IMG/VR virus record: IMGVR_UViG_3300032431_000008
Span: 74 to 64,073 of that record
Direction: 5' to 3' (one strand)
Length of the DNA stretch: 64,000 bases
Source of the DNA: a virus
Below, one piece after another: positions 9,285 to 18,714 of this stretch. The position numbers and the translations under genes are program-made. Within the stretch, counting starts at the first letter, position 1. Every line of letters begins with the position of its first letter. The notes beneath the pieces were generated by a model. It saw only the letters and a list, made by a program, of their open reading frames with translations. It had not been told where the DNA came from and ran no database searches.

Positions 9285-10661
9285 ATGGCCGAAAATATAC
9301 TTGAACAAGTAATTCAGCAGGACACGCCGCCTGCTTCCGACAATAAGGTATCCCAAGAGATCATCCAAGACGGCAAGGGCTCGACCCCTTCCAGTGGAGA
9401 AAAAGCACTTGAGGGGATTTTCGATTCATTCGCAAATGGCGATGACCCCTTTGCCGGTGCCAAGGCGGATGATGCCGTCGTCGTGGACGACTTTGGCGAT
9501 GGCAAGCCTGCCGTTAAGGTAGATGAAGTGCCTGCGGTAGTTGTTGAGGACAAGCCCGTGGCGGTGGTTGGGGAAAAGCCTGCCGTGGTTGCAGATGACT
9601 TTACCGATTTGACCGATGAGGACTTGACCCCCTCGCCACTGGATAAGCCCAAGACTGCCCGCCGCATCAACGCTTTGCTGGACAAGGTAAAAAAGACGGC
9701 TAATATCGTGGCTACTACCAAGGCTGAATTGGCCGAGAAAGCTACCAAACTGGCAGAGCTGGAGAAGAAGCTGAATGAGTCGGGTAGTTCTAATCCCGAG
9801 GTCCAGAAGCAAGTGGATGAGCTGTCCATGTATCGCCGCCGCTATCAATTGGAGACCGACCCCGAGGTTAAGACCAAGTTCGATGACGTGATTGCTTCGC
9901 GGGAAGTGGACATTGTGAACCTGCTCAAAGACAACAGTGCGGGCGAAGGGCTGATTAACCTGATTACCTCTGAGGGCGGACTGGTCAAGTTTGCCCGCCT
10001 GAACAAAAGCTACAAGCTAGCCGATGGATCAAGCGTGAGTGCGAAGGCTTTGTTTAACCGAATCCGCGATTCTCTTACCGAGACTAACCCTGCCGATGCC
10101 TTGGCGTTGGATGCGGCTATTCAAGAGCAATCCCGGCTAAGTTCAGACAAGATCCGCTACATTGAGAGCGAGAAGGCCCGTGCCAAGGAGTATTTTGGCG
10201 AACAGGAAAAGGCCCAACAGGAACGCTCGGTAAATATCAAGACGAAGATCGACACGTTTCTTTCCAAGATGGCAACTGAGGATAACGACTTTAAGGAATT
10301 GGCTATTCCAGCGGACGCTACGCCCGCGAAGATTGCGGAACTCAAGGAAGAGAATGTTTACCGCAAGCAACTGCGCGACATTGCCAAGTCGTCTATTGGG
10401 ATTACCGATGACGAGTATCTGAACATGGTGCGCGACTCGACGCTCCTCTACCCGGTTAAACGCTCACTGGCCCGCAGCGAAGAGCGCATTAAGGCACAGG
10501 ACGCGGAGATTGCCAAGCTTAAGGAGGACTTGGACAAGGTGCGTGGTGCCTCCTCGACCGTGCCTAAGCGCGGGGTTATCTCCACGTCCAAGGCGGACGC
10601 GCCGAAAGCTACCAAGGCCAAGACACTTGAAGAAGAGTTCGACGCTATTGGCGGAGAATAA
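9285..10661 (+). CDS. Probable scaffolding protein
   Basis: Acidic, low-complexity N-terminus and long coiled-coil; between portal and MCP. Confidence 0.6.
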   Translation: MAENILEQVIQQDTPPASDNKVSQEIIQDGKGSTPSSGEKALEGIFDSFANGDDPFAGAKADDAVVVDDFGDGKPAVKVDEVPAVVVEDKPVAVVGEKPAVVADDFTDLTDEDLTPSPLDKPKTARRINALLDKVKKTANIVATTKAELAEKATKLAELEKKLNESGSSNPEVQKQVDELSMYRRRYQLETDPEVKTKFDDVIASREVDIVNLLKDNSAGEGLINLITSEGGLVKFARLNKSYKLADGSSVSAKALFNRIRDSLTETNPADALALDAAIQEQSRLSSDKIRYIESEKARAKEYFGEQEKAQQERSVNIKTKIDTFLSKMATEDNDFKELAIPADATPAKIAELKEENVYRKQLRDIAKSSIGITDDEYLNMVRDSTLLYPVKRSLARSEERIKAQDAEIAKLKEDLDKVRGASSTVPKRGVISTSKADAPKATKAKTLEEEFDAIGGE

Positions 10662-10665
10662 CACC

Positions 10666-11589
10666 ATGCCCACCCTAATCAATAAGGTGTTGGCCAAGTG
10701 CGAAGAGCTTGGGCCAGCGGAAGCGGCTAGATACTTTGGAGTAACCCCCCAAAGTATTTACAACTGGCGCAAAGGCAAAAGCTCGCCGTCCATTGAGGCG
10801 ATTGAGCATGTGCTTGAAGATGAGGCCAAGATGAAGCCGCATGACGTCATCCACTGGACCGGGCGCAATGTAATGGTGCTCCTGCCCGTTTACCGGAATG
10901 TCTCGATTGAGACCCACTACACCCTGTTTGCCAACTATGCCAAGTATGGGCCGGAAAAGATCGGCATTATGATTGAGAAGCGCACGCTTATCCATGAGAG
11001 CCGGAATATCTTGGTGGACAAGTTTCTCAAGACAGATGCGGAGTGGTGTATCTTTTTGGACGACGATATGATTATGCCGTTTGGCAACGAGGCTTTGTTT
11101 ACCCAAAGGTATCGCTGCAATATCCCGTCTAAGTTTACGTCGCAAACTGCGTTTAGCCGGATAATGTCGCATGATGTGGATAAGCCTATTGTCGGCGCTC
11201 TCTACTTTGGGCGGCATGAGTTTGGCCGTGGTCAATGCGCGGATGGGTTTGCGTCTGACGTGGAGAATGCCGTCCTGCATGACTACAATCAGATTGGCGG
11301 ACTACGGGAACAGCGTTGGGTGGGGACGGGCATGATGCGTATTCACCGCTCGGTTATGGAAAAGATGAAGGCTGCGGCTGAAACTGAATGGCCGCATATC
11401 CTGCCAATGAACAATGAAGGGCAACCCGAGAAGCCGGTTGGCTACTTCACGCCTGACGTTGTAGGCCAAGGTGAGGATGTGGCGTTCTGCCTTCGTGCCG
11501 GTAAGCTGGGCATCCCTATTTACTTGGACACTGGTTTGGTTTGTTTGCACACGGGCGAAACGCACTTTGGCCCGCATAACACTCGTTAA
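10666..11589 (+). CDS. XRE-type HTH fused to a GT-A glycosyltransferase domain
   Basis: GPAEAARYFGVTPQSIYNWRKGKSSPS, then VMVLLPVY, IHESRNILV, CIFLDDD, GTGMMRIHRSV, GEDVAFC. Confidence 0.8.
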   Translation: MPTLINKVLAKCEELGPAEAARYFGVTPQSIYNWRKGKSSPSIEAIEHVLEDEAKMKPHDVIHWTGRNVMVLLPVYRNVSIETHYTLFANYAKYGPEKIGIMIEKRTLIHESRNILVDKFLKTDAEWCIFLDDDMIMPFGNEALFTQRYRCNIPSKFTSQTAFSRIMSHDVDKPIVGALYFGRHEFGRGQCADGFASDVENAVLHDYNQIGGLREQRWVGTGMMRIHRSVMEKMKAAAETEWPHILPMNNEGQPEKPVGYFTPDVVGQGEDVAFCLRAGKLGIPIYLDTGLVCLHTGETHFGPHNTR

Positions 11590-11610
11590 GTTACTTCTAA
11601 TTAAAATCTT

Positions 11611-12267
11611 ATGTATATTGTAAATGATAGACTGGTCCGGTATAGCGTAGTTGTCGCCAAGATCATTCCGGCAAAGGGAAAGAAGCGGGAGTTGGTTGCG
11701 CAGATTCAGCAAAGCGCGCTCGACTCCTGGTTAAACGCGGCAAGTAAAGTCGTGCTCTTAAACAGGCCCGAGGAGATTCCGTATCTCAACGTAAAAGGTG
11801 CGATGTTTGAGGAAAAGTATGCGGATTCTCCTACGGTTATTTCAGCAATGGCCGTGCTGGGCGAGGAGTTGCCTGATAGTGGCTATGGTGTTCTGGTTGA
11901 GGACAGGGTTATCTTGGAACCAAAGGGCGCGCACGTTATGAACAACGTCAGGCTTGAGGCGCAACTGAGCAAGGCGTGGGTTGCCGTGGCGGACGTAGAT
12001 GTTGAGGACTTGGACGGCACTTTGCACGGGACAGGCGGGGCGGTGTTCTGGATCAGCAAGACAGTGGCCCGCTACCTCAAGGAGAGTTGCAAGAATCCGC
12101 CGCTACTGGAAAACTATCCGGTGTGGGCGTCGTGGTTGCAGGATGAGATTAAGGCCAAGGTGTTTGGGCATAGATACTTTGACGCCAGCCAGCATAACTT
12201 GGCCAAGGTAGTTGTGGTTAAGGGATTCGATGTGGTCGAGCTTACCATGCCATTTACCAAGCACTAA
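11611..12267 (+). CDS. Possible degenerate glycosyltransferase-like protein
   Basis: QQSALDSW...VVLLN pattern; within the GT cluster; no clear DxD. Confidence 0.35.
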   Translation: MYIVNDRLVRYSVVVAKIIPAKGKKRELVAQIQQSALDSWLNAASKVVLLNRPEEIPYLNVKGAMFEEKYADSPTVISAMAVLGEELPDSGYGVLVEDRVILEPKGAHVMNNVRLEAQLSKAWVAVADVDVEDLDGTLHGTGGAVFWISKTVARYLKESCKNPPLLENYPVWASWLQDEIKAKVFGHRYFDASQHNLAKVVVVKGFDVVELTMPFTKH

Positions 12268-12268
12268 A

Positions 12269-13015
12269 ATGAGAACCGATATTCTACTTGTAACCTACCG
12301 GAAAGACTATGATTGGGCGGTGCTTTGTTTGCGCTCCATTGAGAAGTTCGCGTTTGGATTTGGGGGCGTAACATTGGCGTGTCCGGTGGACGACGAAGCA
12401 ATCTTCGTGGCATTGGCAGCGAAGCATAGCCGGTCCGACCTGCCAATTCTGGTGAGGAGCTATATTCCAAAGAAGGGGTATGAGTTCAATCATCATCAGG
12501 TAATGAAGTGCTACTCCGATGTGCTGTGTCCAAAGGCTGACTACGTGCTGCATATTGATTCGGACTGCATCTTTACGGACTTGGTGGCCCCGAATGACTA
12601 CTTCAAGGACGAGAAGCCATACCTGTTAATGCGGATGTATCAGCATAGCGAGCCGTGGTATATCTGGCGGAAGCCAACTAGCCTGGCGCTGGGGGTGGCG
12701 TGTAACTATGAGACTATGGTAAGGCACCCTGCCGTTCATCCCGTGGCGACATATCGGGACTTGCGCGGATACATGGAGACGCTGCACGGCATACCCTTTA
12801 GTGAGTGGGTGCTTAAGCAGTCGGGGAATTACCCGGCCTGTCACTTTTCGGAGTTCAACACGCTTGGCAGTTACGTCCTGATTGCCTGTGCGGAGCGATA
12901 CGAAGTGATTGACACCGACAAGGTAGAGCAACCGCCAAGTAATTTGGTCCAAGGGTGGAGTTGGGGCGGGGCGGACAAAGCAAAGCAAGACTATGAAAAA
13001 ATCCTCTCGCGGTAA
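12269..13015 (+). CDS. Glycosyltransferase-like protein (DUF6492-like)
   Basis: ILLVTYRKD...LRSIEKF, QVMK, YVLHIDSDCIF, FSEFNTLG. Confidence 0.7.
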   Translation: MRTDILLVTYRKDYDWAVLCLRSIEKFAFGFGGVTLACPVDDEAIFVALAAKHSRSDLPILVRSYIPKKGYEFNHHQVMKCYSDVLCPKADYVLHIDSDCIFTDLVAPNDYFKDEKPYLLMRMYQHSEPWYIWRKPTSLALGVACNYETMVRHPAVHPVATYRDLRGYMETLHGIPFSEWVLKQSGNYPACHFSEFNTLGSYVLIACAERYEVIDTDKVEQPPSNLVQGWSWGGADKAKQDYEKILSR

Positions 13016-13778
13016 AATCTTGCTCAACATGCAAATGTCCCCCTTGGACTACAATCAGGGGGTGGCGTTGCTTAAGCTTATCTGTGATTTAGAGGACGGG
13101 AAACGCGAGGATGTGATTCTCATGCTCACCCATCGCTATGACATGAAGGTTGATCCCAACTTGGTGAGTGCGGTTAAGCAGAAGTTTCAGCATGTGCTGA
13201 CCCATGTTACCGAGCGGAAAGGCAACGGCTGGCCCGCTGGTCCCAATGCCATGATGGGGGATAGCTACTTGGCGGCGATAAACATGCAGCGCAGGGGCTT
13301 GGATATAGACGCGGTGATGTTCATGGAGTGTGACTGCGTGCCATTGGCCAAGGATTGGATAGACCAACTCAAGGCCGAGTGGGATAGTTGCCGTGAAGCG
13401 GGGAAGAGCGTCCTTGGCGCTTGGCTGGAAGTGGGGGATGCGGGAGGTAAGCATATTAACGGTAACTGCATTATTGCGGTGGACTACTGGCAGAAGAACC
13501 GGGGCATACTGAACTCGCCGGAAAACATTGGGTGGGATGCCTACCACGCGAATAGCATGTGTGCGGAAGGTTTGGCTAGCAGACTTATTTACTCGGACTA
13601 TCGGCTAGGGACTGCGGATAATCCGTGGAAGGGAGATGCGTATCTATGGGAAGCCAAGGGATATGGGACTGTAACTAATCCGTTTTTCGGGGAAAAACTA
13701 TTCCCGGTGTGGCTGCATGGGGTGAAAACTTTACAGGGGATAGAGGCAGTGTGTAAAAAACTATTGACTTCCGGTTAA
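12993..13778 (+). CDS. Glycosyltransferase-like protein
   Basis: GWPAGPN, MFMECDCVPL (DxD-like), HINGN. Confidence 0.55.
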   Translation: MKKSSRGKILLNMQMSPLDYNQGVALLKLICDLEDGKREDVILMLTHRYDMKVDPNLVSAVKQKFQHVLTHVTERKGNGWPAGPNAMMGDSYLAAINMQRRGLDIDAVMFMECDCVPLAKDWIDQLKAEWDSCREAGKSVLGAWLEVGDAGGKHINGNCIIAVDYWQKNRGILNSPENIGWDAYHANSMCAEGLASRLIYSDYRLGTADNPWKGDAYLWEAKGYGTVTNPFFGEKLFPVWLHGVKTLQGIEAVCKKLLTSG

Positions 13779-13987
13779 ATGTAAGTTCTAAGTGTGTGCG
13801 TGCCAGTTGGAGATTCGCGGTTGTAGGCACAATTCGCCGCAAGTCGCTAGAGTAAAACATGGCCCCTCATACGGAGGGTAAATGATTGTTCCAGTCGCCA
13901 AGGAGCAGGAGAATATGGACCCGGTAATTCGGTGCTTCGGTTCCTGTCCTGTAAGCGCACCAACAACAATTCATTCAAGTTTTCATC

Positions 13988-15217
13988 ATGGCTACTTCAT
14001 ACTGCGATCTGACCCCGGCACAATACTCCCAGGGCATCGCCAATCAGGTTTCAACTCTTCGGAACGATGTTATTCGCTTCCTCGCGCTCAACGACCCCTA
14101 CGCCAATCTTATCGAAGGTGGCACAACCGCAAATAACTCGGGCACGGAAATCCGCACCTTGGTTACTAACCGCATGGTTACTGGCCAGAGCCTTACCGCT
14201 CCCGCCTTTTCCGACACCATTGACAACTGTAATACTACTGGTCCTGCCGCCAAGAACGGCCAGACTGAGTTTACCACCAAGCTCCGCACCCTGCGTGGCG
14301 AAGGTCCGGTCATCTGCTTGAATCAGGCTCGCTACTCTGTTCTGGATTCTTACCGCGTTGCGGAGATGAATCTTAAGGATGCAGTGAAGTCCCTTAACTC
14401 GGCTGACATTCGTTCGCAGCTCCTCACCCTTTCCGGCGTGAAGGCAGTTGTGAAAACTGGCGATACCACCCTTGGCCAAGTGCTTACTGGTGGCTACAAT
14501 CAGGTTGCTGTCAACTTCCGTGGCGGTCTCCCCTCCCAGCCGGTCAGATACAAGTTCCTCGTAGCTCTCTCCAACTACATGCGCGATAATCTCTCGCCTG
14601 AGTTCTTTGGCGATGGTGCGGGCGGTCACTTCGTGTTCATCGCTGGCTCTGAGCAAATCGAGTCGCTGCGTAATGAGGCTGGTGTTAAGCAGGATCTTCT
14701 CGCTGCCGTTCAAGGTTCCTTCAAGGACACCAAAGACGCCCTCATGAAGTATGCCTTCATCGAGTATCCTTATCGCCAAATCAAAATGGCGATTGACCAA
14801 CAGCCCCTCCGTTTCAACACGGTGAATGGTTCTGGCTTCCCCAACTTCATTGAGCCTCTTGTCGAGACCGTCACTGACTTTGGTGTGGAAAATGCCACCA
14901 ATCCCGCTTGGATCAATGCCCGGCATGAAGTTGGCTTCCTTGTTTCCAAGGGCACCTTCAAGCGTCTGGTCCCTGAGCGTTTTATTGGCGAAGGTATGAG
15001 CAAGTTTGATGCACAGTTCATTATGGGCGAGCTTAGCTGGTTCTACTCCAAGGATAGCTGTAACAAGTTTGGCGACAACGGCCAATTCCTGTATCAGTTC
15101 GTGCGCGCCTTCCAGGCTCGTCGTCCCCACGGTGTAATTCCAATCCTGTATAAGCGTTGCGCGCAGGACTTGGGCCTTAGCGAGCTTTGCTCTAACATCG
15201 TAACTGACGTTATCTAA
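13988..15217 (+). CDS. Major capsid protein
   Basis: 409 aa; strong codon bias (C/T-ending codons); long leader; followed by a terminator. Confidence 0.8.
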   Translation: MATSYCDLTPAQYSQGIANQVSTLRNDVIRFLALNDPYANLIEGGTTANNSGTEIRTLVTNRMVTGQSLTAPAFSDTIDNCNTTGPAAKNGQTEFTTKLRTLRGEGPVICLNQARYSVLDSYRVAEMNLKDAVKSLNSADIRSQLLTLSGVKAVVKTGDTTLGQVLTGGYNQVAVNFRGGLPSQPVRYKFLVALSNYMRDNLSPEFFGDGAGGHFVFIAGSEQIESLRNEAGVKQDLLAAVQGSFKDTKDALMKYAFIEYPYRQIKMAIDQQPLRFNTVNGSGFPNFIEPLVETVTDFGVENATNPAWINARHEVGFLVSKGTFKRLVPERFIGEGMSKFDAQFIMGELSWFYSKDSCNKFGDNGQFLYQFVRAFQARRPHGVIPILYKRCAQDLGLSELCSNIVTDVI

Positions 15218-15241
15218 GCTAGATAGATAGTTAATTTAGGC

Positions 15242-15273
15242 AAAGCCCCGCTCTTAATTGAGTGGGGCTTTTT
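15242..15273 (+). terminator. Rho-independent terminator after MCP
   Basis: AAGCCCCGCTC-TTAATT-GAGTGGGGCTT followed by TTT. Confidence 0.9.
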
Positions 15274-15341
15274 CATGGCAGGACTGGTTAAACGACCTTG
15301 ACTGCTTAACCAAACAGGGCATACAGGCTAGCCATTAACTT

Positions 15342-16898
15342 ATGGCAACGCCCATTTATAACGAGCTTACTTCACCCAAAAGTAATTTACTTGAATTATT
15401 GGCAGAGCAAAAGTCCGATGGGCAGACGGCAGGTAACGTAAATGGGGTGCAGCCCTTTGAGGTTCTGGCAGTTAAGGCGATGCTCAATACAGAGCAAAAG
15501 GCAGGCGCGGACATGGCCGCAAACTCGGTCAAGGTCCGTGCGGCCAACACCTCCGGCGCTTCGTCGGATTTGGCCCTTGCAGCTTCGCAGCTTCTAGGAC
15601 GCGGTGCGACGGGAGATGTTGCCCCCATCGTCCTAGGCGGGGGGTTGAGCATTACTGGCACGACGTTGAGCGCGTCGGGGGCGACCTTCCCGAGCTTTAC
15701 TGGTCAGACAGGGAGGTTCCTGCGTGTGAACGTCGCGGAAACCGCCGTGGAGTGGGCGGTACCTGCTGGCGGCGGTGGTGGGTTAGAGGCGGGAGACTTG
15801 CTCACTACTGCGCGCGTCGCCCCGGCTGGATATGTTCTGGCCAACGGCGCTGTATATCTAATAGCTACCTACCCCGTCCTTGCCGCTGCAATACCAAGGC
15901 AAATCGACAATGCGGCTGTATTTACGGCCCGCACCTCGGCTGCGGATAATCAGTGGTTTGGCGTCTGCTGGGCTCCTGCGCTTACTTTGTTTGTGGCTGT
16001 TGCTAATACCGGCGTGGGCAACCGAGTCATGACGTCACCGAACGGAACGACATGGACCATCCGCACATCGGCGGCTGATAACAACTGGGTTGCTGTCTGC
16101 TGGTCTGCTGGGTTAAGTTTGTTTGTTGCTGTCGCCATAAGCGGCGTGGGCAACAGAGTCATGACGTCACCAAACGGCATCAGTTGGACGATCCGTACTT
16201 CGGCTGCGGATAACAACTGGCGCGCTGTCTGCTGGTCGCCGGAACTTAGTTTATTCGTGGCTGTTGCCACTACCGGGACCGGCAACCGAGTGATGACGTC
16301 GCCAGACGGAACCACGTGGACAATCCGCACGTCGGCTGCAAACAATGATTGGCACTCTGTCTGCTGGTCGTCTGAGTTAAGTCTGTTCGTGGCTGTTGCT
16401 AATACTGGCGTGGGCAACCGAGTCATGACGTCACCGAACGGAACGACATGGACCATCCGCACATCGGCGGCTGATAACAACTGGCTTTCTGTCTGTTGGT
16501 CGCCGGAATTGAGCCTATTCGTGGCGGTCGCTACTACTGGAACCGGAAACAGGGTGATGACATCGCCAAACGGGATTGCGTGGACCATCCGCACATCGCC
16601 AGTGGACAATCAGTGGGTTGCTGTCTGCTGGTCGCCGGAGTTAAGTTTATTTGTTGCTACCGCCATAGATGGCGTGGGCAACCGGGTCATGACGTCACCG
16701 AACGGAATGACGTGGACCATCCGCACCTCGGCTGCCGATAACAGTTGGTGGGGTGTCTGCTGGGCTCCTGCGCTTACTTTGTTTGCGGCGGTTGCTACTA
16801 CCGGCACCGGCAACCGAGTCATGACACTAGGCCCAAGCTATAACGTCGCCACAAGCTTTGCCGTGCCGGACAGGCCTGGTATGTTTATTAAAACCTAA
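15342..16898 (+). CDS. Tail fibre / receptor-binding protein: split collar domain enclosing 7 propeller repeats
   Basis: APAGYVLANG...YPVL and FAVPD..GMFIK flank 7 copies of a 44-aa repeat. Confidence 0.75.
   Translation: MATPIYNELTSPKSNLLELLAEQKSDGQTAGNVNGVQPFEVLAVKAMLNTEQKAGADMAANSVKVRAANTSGASSDLALAASQLLGRGATGDVAPIVLGGGLSITGTTLSASGATFPSFTGQTGRFLRVNVAETAVEWAVPAGGGGGLEAGDLLTTARVAPAGYVLANGAVYLIATYPVLAAAIPRQIDNAAVFTARTSAADNQWFGVCWAPALTLFVAVANTGVGNRVMTSPNGTTWTIRTSAADNNWVAVCWSAGLSLFVAVAISGVGNRVMTSPNGISWTIRTSAADNNWRAVCWSPELSLFVAVATTGTGNRVMTSPDGTTWTIRTSAANNDWHSVCWSSELSLFVAVANTGVGNRVMTSPNGTTWTIRTSAADNNWLSVCWSPELSLFVAVATTGTGNRVMTSPNGIAWTIRTSPVDNQWVAVCWSPELSLFVATAIDGVGNRVMTSPNGMTWTIRTSAADNSWWGVCWAPALTLFAAVATTGTGNRVMTLGPSYNVATSFAVPDRPGMFIKT
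15933..16829 (+). repeat. Seven 132-bp intragenic repeats
   Basis: TSAADNxWxxVCWSxELxLFVAVAxxGxGNRVMTSPNGxxWTIR. Confidence 0.95.
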
Positions 16899-16906
16899 AG
16901 CAGACA

Positions 16907-17491
16907 ATGGCCCTACCTATTTACAATCAGTTCACGTCGGCTGAACAGAATGTCCTTCAGCTGTTGGCGGCGCAATCTGGGCCAAACCCGCCGATTGGCC
17001 AAGAAGCGTTTGCGGTGCTCATAACCAAAGCAGTGCTGAACATATTTCAGCCAGCGGGCGGGTCGCTTACTGAGGCAACGGCAGATGAGAGGTATCTAGG
17101 GAAGGCGAACAGTCTTTCGGATATTCCTAATCCGCAGCAGGCACTAGCCAATATAGGCGGTATGCCACGCACCGATTTCTTGACTGGACTGGTGGGGCTG
17201 GGCGGCGGGTATGTGGTGAGGCGGGGAGATGGTTCCGCAGCATCACGGGTTCTGCAAGCCGGGGCGGGAATCACGGTGGTTAATGGCGATGGAGACAGCG
17301 GGAACACAATTATCGGCTTAGATAGTCCAGTTGTTCCGGTGGACCTGACTTCTGCCACCTATGGCGCGGTTCCATTGGAGGTGGATTTCGGGATTAGGTT
17401 TACAGTTTTGGAGAACACGCAGGCTCCATTTGCGTTCCCGATTGAGGTAGATGGTGAATTGGTTGTTGAAGGGGTGCTCTATTCTGTTTAA
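16907..17491 (+). CDS. Tail-associated protein sharing its N-terminus with 15342..16898
   Basis: MALPIYNQFTS..NVLQLLA vs MATPIYNELTS..NLLELLA. Confidence 0.65.
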   Translation: MALPIYNQFTSAEQNVLQLLAAQSGPNPPIGQEAFAVLITKAVLNIFQPAGGSLTEATADERYLGKANSLSDIPNPQQALANIGGMPRTDFLTGLVGLGGGYVVRRGDGSAASRVLQAGAGITVVNGDGDSGNTIIGLDSPVVPVDLTSATYGAVPLEVDFGIRFTVLENTQAPFAFPIEVDGELVVEGVLYSV

Positions 17492-17505
17492 CCGTTGGTC
17501 CCATT

Positions 17506-17946
17506 ATGGCCAACCTATCACTTTTACAGACGGTCCCGAGTTCTTGGCCGGTTAGAGTTAATGCCTTGGCCATTGGGGCGACGACCACGGGCGGGGTAAG
17601 CGTGGTGAATGAAGTTTCACTTGAGAGGCAAGTAAGCCTTCGCATGGACGTGGTTACGGTGGTGCCCTTAACTGCTGGGACAACGGTAATGGCCGACACG
17701 GACTTTAACCAACTGCGGAATATGGCGGCGGCGGGAACGATAGCTACGCATACGGTTACTTTGCCGACCGATGCGAATAGCCGACTCGGGCAGGAGGTAG
17801 TTATTTCTACGCTGTTTGAGGTGACGGCGCTTACGATTAATGGGGCAACCACGATTCGTGGGTATTCCGCGCCGTTCCTGTTGGGGGCGGGGCTTAGCCG
17901 CCGATTAGTCAAGATCGCGGCGAACACCTGGGCAATCATCGGTTAA
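17506..17946 (+). CDS. Probable tail-fibre-associated protein
   Basis: Beta-rich, Thr/Val/Ala-rich; position. Confidence 0.5.
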   Translation: MANLSLLQTVPSSWPVRVNALAIGATTTGGVSVVNEVSLERQVSLRMDVVTVVPLTAGTTVMADTDFNQLRNMAAAGTIATHTVTLPTDANSRLGQEVVISTLFEVTALTINGATTIRGYSAPFLLGAGLSRRLVKIAANTWAIIG

Positions 17947-17958
17947 ACGATTACTCCC

Positions 17959-18714
17959 ATGAAAAACAATAAAGGTGAGATAACGCTGGCGACATTGGGG
18001 CTTATCGTGCTAGGCACGGTGGTCATTGGGTTTTTCCTGCCAAAGCCAAAGTTCTTGGACTCGCGCTCGCGTGAAGCTGACAAGTCGAGTGAGGTATCAG
18101 CCGAGGTAGAGGAGGCGGTGAGGAAGGCCAAGAAGGCGGATAACGATAAGGGGGAGGTGGTGGCTGCTAGTTTGGTGCAAATTGGGGTGGCTGCTGGGCA
18201 GTTGCCGGAATCGCCGCAAGCTACGTTTATTGGGCGTGAGGCTGCGTTCATGTCGCCATTGCTACCTGCGCCTTCACCTACTGCCCTATTGGCCGCAGAA
18301 CGGCGTAGAGTGGCATTGCTTGAGGGTAAGCTGGAGCTTGCGGACAAGCTTTACTTGCAAGGGACAAAAGAGAACGGGAAGTTACTGGAACGTGCGGTGA
18401 AAGCGGAGGTCAAACTAGATGCGGCCCAAGTGGAGAGAAGGGGCGTGGATAGTCAGTTACAGGAGTCTGCGGCTTATGCCCGTGGGAAGGACGCTATTAT
18501 CGGGGTGCTGGCTGGTATTGTAGTGCTGGTCGTGGTCCTGTGGTTGTTCGCCAAACTGAATGGTTTTGGCCCAAAAACAATGGGAAATATGCTTGCCGAT
18601 TTACGTAGTGGCGACTCTCTTGAGACAGTCTTTGACCGCTACGTTCCAGTGCGCCTTCATAAAGCTGTCAGGCATGCTGCAAGCGACGCATCAATTAACA
18701 CCAAAACACCATGA
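17959..18714 (+). CDS. Membrane protein with two TM segments and a coiled coil (possible lysis function)
   Basis: Hydrophobic N- and C-proximal helices. Confidence 0.5.
   Translation: MKNNKGEITLATLGLIVLGTVVIGFFLPKPKFLDSRSREADKSSEVSAEVEEAVRKAKKADNDKGEVVAASLVQIGVAAGQLPESPQATFIGREAAFMSPLLPAPSPTALLAAERRRVALLEGKLELADKLYLQGTKENGKLLERAVKAEVKLDAAQVERRGVDSQLQESAAYARGKDAIIGVLAGIVVLVVVLWLFAKLNGFGPKTMGNMLADLRSGDSLETVFDRYVPVRLHKAVRHAASDASINTKTP

Noticed and set aside
10510-10665. N-terminal extension of the HTH-GT ORF from TTG 10510
   Set aside because: Overlaps the scaffold gene out of frame; ATG 10666 follows the scaffold stop directly.
13920-13960. tRNA gene
   Set aside because: No cloverleaf, T-loop or acceptor stem; no tRNA was recognised anywhere.
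14051-15130. 359-aa antisense ORF opposite the MCP, and similar long antisense ORFs opposite other biased genes
   Set aside because: Expected shadow of strong codon bias; no recognisable motifs.
15933-16829. Diversity-generating retroelement (AAC-rich repeats with variable codons)
   Set aside because: No reverse transcriptase and no separate non-coding template; differences are not restricted to adenines.
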